Source of the DNA: Scyliorhinus canicula
Lineage: Eukaryota
Assembly (NCBI RefSeq): GCF_902713615.1
Contig: NC_052166.1
Span: 1,984,001 to 2,048,000 of the forward strand
Length of the DNA stretch: 64,000 bases
Direction: 5' to 3'
Positions 24,925-35,377 of the stretch are shown here, one piece after another. The stretch's first letter is position 1. Each line of letters begins with the position of its first letter. The notes under the pieces were generated by a model, which saw only the letters and a program-made list of their open reading frames with translations, made no database searches and had not been told where the DNA came from. Position numbers and translations under genes: made by a program.

Positions 24925-25640
24925 GATATAGAGTAAAACTCCCTGTACACTACCCCCATCAGTCAGTTCCAGGACAGATACATCACGGGTTTAGATACAG
25001 AGTAAAGCTCCCTCTACACTGTCCCCATCAAACACTACCAGGACAGGTACAGCACGGGGTTAGGTACAGAGTAAAGCTCCCTCTACACTGTCCCCATCAA
25101 ACATTCCCAGGACAGGTACAGCACGGGATTAGATACAGAGTAAAGCTCCCTCTACACTGTCCCCATCAAAGACTCCCAGGACAGGTACAGCATGGGGTTA
25201 GATACAGAGTAAAGCTCCCTCTACACTGTCCCCATCAAACACTCCCAGGACAGGTACAGCACGGGGTTAGATACAGAGTAAAGCTCCCACTACACTGTCC
25301 CCATCAAACACTCCCAGGACAGGTACAGCACGGGGTTAGATACAGAGTAAAGCTCCCTCTACACTGTCCCCATCAAACATTCCCAGAACAGGTACAGCAC
25401 GGGGTTAGATACAGAGTAAAGCTCCGTCTACACTGTCCCCATCACACACTCCCAGGACAGGTACAGCACGGGGTTAGATACAGAGTAAAGCTCCCTCTAC
25501 ACTGTCCCCATCAAACACTCCCAGGACAGGTACAGCACGGGGTTAGATACAGAGTAAAGCTCCCTCTACACTGTCTCCATCAAACACTCCCAGGACAGGT
25601 ACAGCACGGGGTTAGATACAGAGTAAAGCTCCCTCTACAC
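24925..25640. repeat. 69-bp tandem repeat, about 10 copies
   Basis: Unit GTTAGATACAGAGTAAAGCTCCCTCTACACTGTCCCCATCAAACACTCCCAGGACAGGTACAGCACGGG; period checked at 24991 and 25060. Confidence 0.95.
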
Positions 25641-25864
25641 TGTAGTAATCCACGGGAGGCAGGAGTTCTGTCACCACACCAATATTTATTTACAATATCG
25701 ATATTACAGGAGCAGCTACAAACAGTGCTGCTAGCAGTCCAGTCAACTTAAGACTGGCTCACAAAGCCTACACAGGTGATTATATGGGCCCCCTCAATGA
25801 GCTATCATTAAGGGATCTCATACTCTAATTGGCCAACCAATAAAGCCAATTGGAGTTCATTACA
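25641..25864. mobile_element. Solo LTR (224 bp) inserted in the last 69-bp repeat unit
   Basis: TGTA...TACA termini, 5-bp TSD TACAC (25636-25640 / 25865-25869). Confidence 0.85.
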
Positions 25865-25925
25865 TACACTGTCCCCTGCAGGAAAATGCTCTACTGTAGA
25901 AACGTAGGGTGTAGAAGCAGGAGGC

Positions 25926-26398
25926 TGTGAAATGCATCACTGTAAATACACAAGGGATTAATGTAAATACACGTAGACTAGCTAGACACTCGAGGGTGCA
26001 CCAGAGACATGACAGACAGACACTCAACCAATAGAACAGTTAAATTGGACACGACCAGTGGGCATTCACGATACACACAGAGGTGACACGACCACAGGAG
26101 GTCATTACACCAACCTATATATAAAGGACACCACACACATATTCCGGCTCTTTCCAGTGGAGACAGTCAGTGAGTACAGACGCAGGGTTTATTCAACATC
26201 ACACCCACCACGTGGATTGTAGCAGACTGGTTAGTCAGTCTCAGTAGCTATAGAAGGATTAACAGTAGTCGCGAATCCGAGTAGGAGAACATTTATTAAA
26301 CATTTATATAGTTTAATAAATGTCTCCACGTTGAACCTTCCTTTGTCAAGTGCACCACAAGGAAGCCGCTTATGCTACGCCTAGAGCATAACAAGACA
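25926..26398 (+). mobile_element. Solo LTR (473 bp) inserted in a CR1 3' tail
   Basis: TG...CA, 5-bp TSD GAGGC (25921-25925 / 26399-26403), TATA and AATAAA on the plus strand. Confidence 0.85.
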
Positions 26399-26403
26399 GA
26401 GGC

Positions 26404-27630
26404 CATTTGGCCCTTCGAGCCTGCCCTGCCATTCATTATTATCATGGCTGATCATCAAGTTCCATACCATGAGTCCGCATTTACCCCATATCCCTTGCTC
26501 CCTTTAGTCTCAAGAGCTGTATCTAATTCCTTCTTGAAATTTTAGAATGTTTTGGCTTCATTTGCTTTCTGTGGCAGTGAATTCCACAGATTCACCACTC
26601 TCTGGGTGAAGGAATTTCTCCTCACCTCAGTCCTAAAAGGTTTACCCCTTATCCTCAAACTCTGACCCCCTAGTTCTGGACTACCCCGCCATTCTTTCTG
26701 AATCTACCCTGTCTAATCCTGTTGGAATTTTGTACATTTCTATGAGATCCCCTCTCACTCTTCTAAACTCAAATGAATATAATACTAACCAATTTAGTCT
26801 CTCCTCATACAACATTCCCACCATCCCAAGAATCAGCCTGGTAAACCTTTGCTACATTCCCTCCATAGCAAGAACATCCTTCCTCACATAAGGACACCAA
26901 AACTGCCACAATACTCCAGATGAGGCCTCACCAATGCCCTATACAATTGCAGTGAAACATCCCTATTCCTATATCCAAATTCTCTTGCTCTGAAGGCTAA
27001 TATACCATTTGCCTTCTTTACTGCCTGCTGTACCTTTGTGCTTACTTTCAGCGACTGATGCACGATGACACCAAGGTCTCGCTGAGTATTCGCCTCTCTC
27101 AATTTACACGCACTCAAATAATAATCTGCCTTTTCTATTTTTGCTACCAAAGCAGATAACCTCACATTTATCCACATTATACTGCATCTGCCATGCATGT
27201 ACCCACTCACTCAGCCTGTCCAAATCCCGCTGAAGCATCTCTGCATCCTCCTCACAGCTCACCCTCCCACCCAACTTTGTGTCACTGCAAATTTGGAGAT
27301 AATACATTTAGTTCCCTCGTCCAAATATATAATGTGAACAGTTGAGGTCCGAGCACAGATCCCTGCGGCACTCCACACGTCACAGCCTGCCAACCAGAAA
27401 GATAACAATTTATTCCAACTTTTTGCTTCCCATCAGCTAACCAGCTTTCTACCCACCTCAAGACACCCATAATCCCATGCGCTTTAACTTTACAAATTAA
27501 TCTGCTTTGCGAGACATCAAAAGCCTTCTGAAAGTCTAAATTAACCAAATCCATTGGTTCTCCCTGGACAACTCTACTGGTAAATTCTTGAAAGAATTCT
27601 AGTAGATTTGTCAAGCATGATTGTCCTAGC
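26404..27630 (-). mobile_element. CR1 LINE 3' part (RT C-terminus + tail)
   Basis: KSCLTNLLEFF, DFQKAFD, GVPQGSVLGPQLF, LQRDLDRL, RDLGVIV, LYRALVRPHLEY. Confidence 0.85.
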
Positions 27631-27881
27631 TGTGAATGATCTCCTTTCCCAGATTTGACAGCTTTATGATTCATTCGTGTTCAGTTGTACATCAGTATTT
27701 TATTAAATAGTATTTTAAGATGTGGATTGGCTGCAGTGAGGTGGTCCCTAAATCGTTTTACATCGGACTATCACAGTCAACGCAGAGGAGAATATTATTG
27801 CTTATTCAAGAGTTAGGTTTAAACCCAGGGTGGTGGTTTGACTCTTGTGAACTATTTCACCTTACCCCATGAAGAACCAGA

Positions 27882-30800
27882 GGGTGCGATTCTTCTGAAC
27901 TTTTCTAAGTGTGGTAGCGAGTAGGAACTGCCATGAGTTTCCTAGCGCTCGGTCCAGCAAGGCCAGCAACGCGAGTCAATATTAATTGGGCTTCACGCCG
28001 CTAATGAAGGCTTGCCAGCTGATTCGCTCAGACCTCACTCCCGCCTCCCCCCACTAACAAGGTCGAGCAGCACTTAAACAGCAATTGCACAACTGACCCC
28101 ACTCAGGTCGCAGCCATGATGCCAAGGCGGCCGGCTGCAAGGTTTGGAGACATGGGGCGGGACCTACTCGGCGGGGCAGGGTTCCCGGCCCCAAGGAGTG
28201 GCGTGAACCACTCCGGCGTCAGGCTGCCCCAAAGGTGCGGAATCCTCCATACCTTCAGGGGCTAGGCTGGCCCCGGAGTGGTTTGCACCACGCCAGCTGG
28301 AGGGATGGGGCTTCGCCACACCAACCGGCGCCAAAGGGCCTCCGCCGGCCGGCCCAAGTTGGCACAAGCGCAGGAGCACCAGCGTGTGCTGGCATCATCC
28401 CAGCACATAGGCAGGGGGCCATCTCCGCGTCGGCCATCGCAGAGGACCACAGCGGCCAAGATGGAACAATAGAGTGCCCCCACAGCACAGGCCCACCGTG
28501 GAGGCACCCCAGGGCCAGATCTCCCCGCCGCCCCGAGGGCCAGATCTCCCCGCCGCCCCGAGGGCCAGATCTCCCCGCCGCCCCGAGGGCCAGATCTCCC
28601 CGCCGCCCCAGGGCCAGATCTCCCCGCCGCCCCAGGGCCAGATCTCCCCGCCGCCCCAGGGCCAGATCTCCCCGCCGCCCCGAGGGCCAGATCTCCCCGC
28701 CGCCCCGAGGGCCAGATCTCCCCGCCGCCCCAGAGCCAGATCTCCCCGCCGCCCCGAGGGCCAGATCATCCCGCCGCCCCAGAGCCAGATCTCCCCGCTG
28801 CCCCAGGGCCAGATCTCCCCGCCGCCCCGAGGGCCAGATCATCCCGCCGCCCCAGAGCCAGATCTCCCCGCCGCCCCAGAGCCAGATCTCCCCGCCGCCC
28901 CGAGGGCCAGATCATCCCGCCGCCCCGAGGGCCAGATCTCCCCGCCGCCCCAGGGCCAGATCACCCCGCCGCCCCAGGGCCAGATCATCCCGCCGCCCCA
29001 GGGCCAGATCATCCCGCCGCCCCGAGGGCCAGATCACCCCGCCGCCCCAGGGCCAGATCATCCCGCCGCCCCAGGGCCAGATCATCCCGCCGCCCCGAGG
29101 GCCAGATCATCCCGCCGCCCCAGGGCCAGATCATCCCGCCGCCCCAGGGCCAGATCTCCCCGCCGCCCCGAGGGCCAGATCTCCCCGCCGCCCCAGGGCC
29201 AGATCTCCCCGCCGCCCCGAGGGCCAGATCATCCCGCCGCCCCAGGGCCAGATCTCCCCGCCGCCCCGAGGGCCAGATCTCCCCGCCGCCCCAGGGCCAG
29301 ATCTCCCCGCCGCCCCAGGACCAGATCTCCCCGCCGCCCCGAGGGCCAGATCATCCCGCCGCCCCGAGGGCCAGATCATCCCGCCGCCCCAGGGCCAGAT
29401 CTCCCCGCCGCCCCAGGGCCAGATCTCCCCGCCGCCCCGAGGGCCAGATCACCCCGCCGCCCCGAGGGCCAGATCACCCCGCCGCCCCGAGGGCCAGATC
29501 TCCCCGCCGCCCCAGGGCCAGATCATCCCGCCGCCCCGAGGGCCAGATCTCCCCGCCGCCCCAGGGCCAGATCTCCCCGCCGCCCCAGGGCCAGATCATC
29601 CCGCCGCCCCAGGGACAGATCTCCCCGCCGCCCCAGGGCCAGATCATCCCGCCGCCCCAGGGCCAGATCTCCCCGCCGCCCCGAGGGCCAGATCATCCCG
29701 CCGCCCCGAGGGCCAGATCTCCCCGCCGCCTCAGGGCCAGATCTCCCCGCCGCCCCAGGGCCAGATCTCCCCGCCGCCCCAGGGCCAGATCTCCCCGCCG
29801 CCCCAGGGCCAGATCACCCCGCCGCCCCAGGGCCAGATCTCCCCGCCGCCCCAGGGCCAGATCTGTCGGCAGGGGATGCCGGGAGAGGGCCCAGACCGCT
29901 GGAGGGGTGCCAGACATAAGAATCCTCACAACCTTCGGGGAATGGGCCCTGGCGATTACGGGGGTGGCCGAGGACAGTGGTCACCAAAGCAGAGGTCGGT
30001 GCATGCCACAGAGGTGAGGATTCATGCAGGGATGGACAGTCAAAAGTGAGTTGTTATTGCCATACACACTGACCCATCCATCCCACTGACCACAGGCAAC
30101 GGCATCGGCCTATCCCGGGTGGCACCCTCTCCTAGCTCCGAGGAGAACATCTTGGAGGAGAGCCCGAAGGTGCCTTAGTCAATGCTTCACAGCTGTCATC
30201 CGCATCATCGACCAGCGCAGATCAGTGGGAAATGTTAGTAGACAGGCTTCTGGGGCACGCTGCTGCTGATGCACATCAGATGGATCCCAGGACCCATCTG
30301 GGTCCCAGTCAGATGCTGAGCCTGTGGAAGAGGTCATCCGGAGCTGATGATAGGGAGCGGCCGGGACATTCAGAGGGAGATGTTAGTGACACTCCAGCAG
30401 GTCCATAGCGAACTGGAGGAGTCCCAGCGGGTACGGGCGGAGGATGTGTTGCTGGTAATGAGTGGCACCGAGGCCAACAGTACTTGGGTGACTGCATTGG
30501 AGAGCCTGGTGCACAACGTTGGCACCATCAGTGAAGTTGTCCAAGGTGTCGTGCAGTCGGTGACGGCCATGCTGAGGGTGTTGGCTGAATGTCTGCCTCA
30601 CTGGGGAACATGACCCAATACCAGGCTGACCTTGATGAGGTTCTGCGGGACATGTCCCATTCTCAGATGGGAATGGCCCCAACCCCTAACCCAACAAGTA
30701 TGACGCCTCTGGCTCTTTGTTTGGTTGTGATGCAGGCCAACCACCAATACCATGCACCATTGCCCCAGACATGACCCAGGCCCCCACCCAATATTTCCTG

Positions 30801-31684
30801 CCCACACACACCCAGCCCTGAACATGTGCCAGGGCTGGGAAACATCCCCTGGGGTTCAGATGTTGGCCTATACATCTGTGGTGCAGCATCCCACAGTGTT
30901 CAAGAACAGTGTCCAGGCATCAAGGTGTGATTGGGATGCTAGACAATGACTCCCTCATGCTACATTGCCCGCCCACCCTCGGGGATCTACTCGGGATGTG
31001 TGAAGTGCTCACTCAACCACAAATGCCAATTCCCTATAAACAATAGCCTTCAGCTGCACAGCCAGAGACCTCCACGGTCATTAGGAGCTGTGGGTTGTTG
31101 GTGGGGCAGACAGGCAGAGGCTACAGTTGCCCCCGGTATGGGAACACATGCTCCAAGGGTTGGCATGGCGGACCCTCGCACGTCCGACTCCCCATTCCCC
31201 AGCCCCAATACCCCCAGTCCCCCATGGTGATCCACCCCCAACTGGGTTGCAACCCCTGGTGGCACCCCTCCTTCCCCCCCCCCCCCCCCCCCCCCCGACC
31301 CCCTCGAGTGCAGGGGCAGCATGCCCAGTGCTCCGGGCTCATGGGCTGTGAGTCAAGATAGCTGCTCACCTCCTCTGTTCCCCACAAAAGCCCATCCACC
31401 AGGTTCATGTTTTTCCAAAGGAGTACTAATCGGCGCCAGCGCGAGCACTCACTGGGGAGGCCACTAAATCATGGGAGGCTGTAGGATATGTGATGGCACC
31501 TGTTAATTGTATGGTAATAGGGCTTAAGTGGTGATTACTGGTATCTTGCCACAGATCCTGGATTTGCCTATGGGAGAGGGCCAATTGCATTGCAACGGTT
31601 TGGTGCCCGCCGCGGTTATTGTATTCTGCCTCGCCTGTTATTCACCGATCTCATTTCACTCGAGCGAGACCGGAGAATTGTCCC
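27882..31684 (+). mobile_element. Degenerate Harbinger-derived element (Myb/SANT-like gene remnant) in WB intron 2
   Basis: Ends GGGTGCGATTCT / AGAATTGTCCC; MPRRPAARFGD-like start at about 28116; 30347-30613 resembles the coiled-coil exon of the Harbinger Myb gene at 53.7-54.4 kb. Confidence 0.55.
28505..29866. repeat. GC-rich 24/25-bp minisatellite, about 55 copies
   Basis: Unit AGGGCCAGATC(T/A)(C/T)CCCGCCGCCCC(G); explains the 604-aa and 481-aa Pro/Arg-rich pseudo-ORFs. Confidence 0.95.
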
Positions 31685-31749
31685 AGTCTCTGGGGGATTC
31701 TTCACCATGCCAACTCTAACCTGTAACCCACTCCTTTCCACTTTCACAG

Positions 31750-32022
31750 CTCCTATACCCAGCAAAGTCTTTCTTCAGAAAAAATCCGGCCAGACGTATT
31801 TGGTGTGTTTGGTAAAGAATTTCTTCCCGAGGGACATTAAAATGAGCTGGCTGAGAAACGGAGTGGTCATTGCCAACGGACCACAGACAGTGAACATTGC
31901 ACCTCAAGATGACAAAACGTTTCAGGCAAGAAGTCTCCTCACACTGAATGAAGATGTGAGTGGTTCGTACATTTGCCAAGTGGAACATGAGGCCCTCACC
32001 AGAAAACTCCAAGTACCATTCA
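31750..32022 (+). CDS. WB: MHC W-category beta chain, exon 3 (beta2, class I alpha3-like Ig C1 domain)
   Basis: 273-bp phase1-phase1 exon (tttcacag| ... A|gtaag). YLVCLVKNFFPRDI, SWLRNG, YICQVEHEAL; IAPQDDKTFQ has no Trp where class II beta2 has NGDWTFQ. Confidence 0.92.
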
Positions 32023-32479
32023 GTAAGAACAAAAGAAACATTGGCTTTCACTAAGATCAATCTTCTAACTCAACTCCACTTTATCACATTATTTCCTAAT
32101 TCTCACAGTCCACAAAATACCCAAGTTTCTTTAGTATTTCATGGGATGTGCTTAATTGCCCATCCCTGATTGTCTCTTGAACTGGGTGTCTTGCTTGGCC
32201 AATATCAGAAGGGAGGTTAAGTCGACCACATTGCTGTGGTCTGGAGTCACATTATAGGCCAGACTGTGTAGGACGGCAGTTTTTCCTTCCTAAAAGGGCA
32301 TTAATGAACCAGATGGGTCTTTAAGACAATCAATGATAGTGTTGTGGTTGTATTGCTTTCAATTCCAGATTTATTCTTTGAATTTAAATTCCACCAGCTG
32401 TCGTGGTGGGAATTCAACCTGTGTTCCCCCCCCCCCCCCCCCCGGAGAATTAACCTGGCTCTCTGGAATACTAGCCCAT

Positions 32480-32790
32480 TGACATTATGGTGGTACAGTG
32501 GTTGGCATTGCTCCCTCACAATGCCAGGGACACGGGTTCAACCGACCTTGGGTGACTGACTGTGTGGACTTTGCACTTTCTTCCCATGCCTGCCTGGGTT
32601 TCGTCTGGGTGCTCTGGTTTCCCCCCACAGTCCAAACATCTGCAGGTTATGAGGATTGGTCACATTAAATTGCCCTTCATTGTCCAACGATGTGCAGGTT
32701 AGAGGGGGTTAAAGGAATAGTGCAGGGGGACTGGGTCTAGGTAAGATGCTCTTTCAGAGGGTCAGTGCAGATTCAATGTAGGAATTCTAT
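32480..32790 (+). mobile_element. HE1/V-SINE-like tRNA SINE (degenerate)
   Basis: Same family motifs, plus strand. Confidence 0.6.
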
Positions 32791-33102
32791 TACTGGTATT
32801 ACTGCAATCTTGAGCAGGCGCAGTGACTGTTTGAGAGAATTCCAAAGTTCACAACCCTCTGTATGAAGATATTTCTCCCCATCTGTCGTGTCTTCTCCCC
32901 GTCGGTACTATAGACTGATGAAGTCTCTCCTTCCTTCAATAAATGAAAAATGAAATGAAATGAAAATATCGCATGACCTTCAGCCATCTTCTCCAATTCA
33001 CTGTCACCATTGTCACACATGCTGGGCACAGGGAGGACATGTGGGTGAGGATACTCTAGGAATTGTGCAACTGTTAAGTCCCCCAAATGTCCTTTTCCTC
33101 AG

Positions 33103-33216
33103 GATACGACAGGACCACGAAAAACGAAGCTTTGATCATCATCGGAGCCGTGCTGGGAATACTGGGAATCAGCTTTGCTGTGCTGACTGGAATTCTGTAT
33201 TACTGCAACCTAAATC
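33103..33216 (+). CDS. WB: MHC W-category beta chain, exon 4 (connecting peptide + transmembrane)
   Basis: 114-bp phase1-phase1 exon (ttttcctcag| ... C|gtaag) encoding RYDRTTKNEALIIIGAVLGILGISFAVLTGILYYCNLN, with a class II-type Gly-patterned TM. Confidence 0.9.
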
Positions 33217-33745
33217 GTAAGCACAGATTATAAACTCTCATTATTCGGACAGGTTACATTAGGAGACAGAACCATCAATGTTCTTCACACCGACGTGAGC
33301 GGCATGGTGGCACAGTGGTTAGCACAGATGGTTCACAGCGCCAGGGACCTGGGCTCAATACCAGCCTCGGGTGACAGTGTGGGGTTTGCAAATTCTCCCC
33401 CATGTCTGTGTGGGTTTCCTCTGGATGCTCCGGTTTCCTCCCACAGATTTCGACCAGGTTATATCAGAGTCTCTCGATTTCTCTGTGTTACCCGGAGCAT
33501 CGGCGAAAGTAACAGGAACGGTAAAGAGAGAAATTCTGAAATGAGTGTTTGAAATATAACGGTGGGAAAGCGTAAGCAGCCTTTATGATCATTCTTGTTC
33601 ACTGACCATGTGATTGTGTGAGAGAGGGAGAAGCAGAGAGATAGAAATCCCAGTGAAATGAAATAGAAAGTAGGACAGTCTGTTTAGAGATACATCACTC
33701 CCATAGGTTGATGTCAAACTGTTAACCTTCCTGTTTCTCATGCAG

Positions 33746-33775
33746 GTTCTGACCAGTTCAACGTGAACCCAACAG
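33746..33775 (+). CDS. WB: MHC W-category beta chain, exon 5 (cytoplasmic, RSDQFNVNPT)
   Basis: 30-bp phase1-phase1 exon, ttctcatgcag| ... G|gtaag, frame-preserving. Confidence 0.75.
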
Positions 33776-33879
33776 GTAAGAGAAGCTGCTTTTTACTCTG
33801 AATAATTTTGAGTGTATGAGAATATTTTGGGGGTCGGGGATATATTTATCAGTGTACAACTGACTGGTTTTGTTCCCAG

Positions 33880-33987
33880 CTAAGTTCACTAAGCGGGCAG
33901 GACCATGTGGAAGGAATCCATGCAGTTCCAGTGTGCGATCCAGTAGCTCAGAGACCTCCAACACCTCCAACACCAGCTGCTCTTCAG
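33880..33987 (+). CDS. WB: MHC W-category beta chain, exon 6 (cytoplasmic, Ser-rich)
   Basis: 108-bp phase1-phase1 exon, tttgttcccag| ... G|gtaac; AKFTKRAGPCGRNPCSSSVRSSSSETSNTSNTSCSS. Confidence 0.7.
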
Positions 33988-34094
33988 GTAACAGTAGTCC
34001 TGTATATCTGTCACTTGTTTTCACTCATGTTTGCAACCCAGAACTTTCAGAAACTGTGAATAAATTAACGTGACATCATGTCTTTCTTTTACAG

Positions 34095-34123
34095 CTGATG
34101 ATTTGACTAAATCCCACGCCTAA
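34095..34123 (+). CDS. WB: MHC W-category beta chain, exon 7 (C-terminus ADDLTKSHA-stop)
   Basis: Polypyrimidine acceptor tctttcttttacag|, in-frame TAA at 34121-34123. Confidence 0.7.
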
Positions 34124-34292
34124 GGTAAACAGCTCTGTGGAATATATTTAATATTAGTGCAGTAACGGGGGGATGTGACTCTGCTGCCTGTGAGGGTGCA
34201 CCTGTCACCCGAATTGGCAGATCCTTCCTGGCCAACAAGCCATTCATCAATTAAAACCTCGGAATGATTTTGTGGAAACCCTCCCTGTAAAT

Positions 34293-34320
34293 AATAAAGA
34301 TTGTCACTGTTTTGTTGCAA
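34293..34320 (+). terminator. Probable WB polyadenylation signal
   Basis: AATAAA at 34293-34298, about 170 bp after the stop codon, followed by GT/T-rich sequence. Confidence 0.55.
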
Positions 34321-34759
34321 TAATTCAGTCTCGAATTTTCTAAAGGACAGGTTGTGGCAAAGTGGATCATACCCAGGAAATATTCTGCAGATCCAGGTTT
34401 GAATGCCACCATGGCAGATTCAATTAAACAATCTGGAATCAAAAGACTAACCATGACTACAGAACCAATGCTGATTGTTGTAAAATCCTATCTGGTTCAA
34501 TAATGAAATCTGCATCCTTACCTGGTCTGACGTACATTTGATTCCAGGTCAACAGCAATATGGTTGACCTCTGAAACACAAAATTTGACAAGTAATGAAA
34601 TCAGACAAACCGGGTACCAGAAATGACAAAGATAAACATGGTCTTGTCGCCTGCAAACCCTCTCACACAGTCATTCTCATGGAGTCGTACCTGACAGATA
34701 AATGTCTGAGACACCACTGGTAAAGGATCTGCCCAGCAGAGAGGGCAGCTTTGTGGTAT

Positions 34760-35377
34760 TGTTATGGGCCAGGGTTTAGAGAACCCCAAAGTTTATCATG
34801 GAGTTCACCTGACCCACAACTTTTAATAGATTATGGTATGGGGAGCACACGGCCCACTCTACAGGTGTGGTATAGCAGAAATGGAAAAGTATTTTCTAAA
34901 GCAAAATAATGTTTATTCTATGAACTCAAGTTAACCTTTTTAAAACATACAGTGAACATCTTAGCAACCATCAATTCAAATACAACCCCCAAAGAATACA
35001 ACACTAAGTAATCCTTTAAGCTTTCCTTTTAGCATCCATAAGACTTAAAACATCTTTTACCAGAAGCACATCAGGTTAAAGTCACTACTGTTATTAGTTT
35101 GAAATCACCAGGATCGATTTACAGTCTTTAAATTACAGAGATTTATACACCTTCTGGCTGTGATTGCAGCTATCCAGCTCTGAAAACGAAACTAAAACAC
35201 ACCCTGCAGCAAATAGCCTAAAACGAAAGTAAAAAGCTGACAGACAGCCCAGCTCCACCCACTCTCTGACATCACTGCAGTAATAAACACCCATTTCTTA
35301 AAGGTACTCTCACTACAGATATTTATATACACACCCATTTATAAATACCCATTTCTTAAAGGTACTCTCACATGACA
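34760..35377 (-). mobile_element. Solo LTR (618 bp) downstream of WB
   Basis: TGTTA...TGACA termini, 4-bp TSD GTAT/GTAC (one mismatch), minus-strand AATAAA. Confidence 0.7.

Noticed and set aside
24925-25640. CRISPR-like array
   Set aside because: Units are contiguous near-identical 69-mers with no unique spacers, in eukaryotic DNA.
28235-30049. 604-aa and 481-aa Pro/Arg-rich ORFs as real proteins
   Set aside because: Fully explained by a 24/25-bp minisatellite lacking stop codons; frames switch with unit length.
21058-34123. Classical MHC class II beta (DAB-like) gene
   Set aside because: Beta2 lacks the NGDW Trp, beta1 has the class I YDG motif, the tail is long and multi-exon, and the partner alpha2 is beta2m-like.
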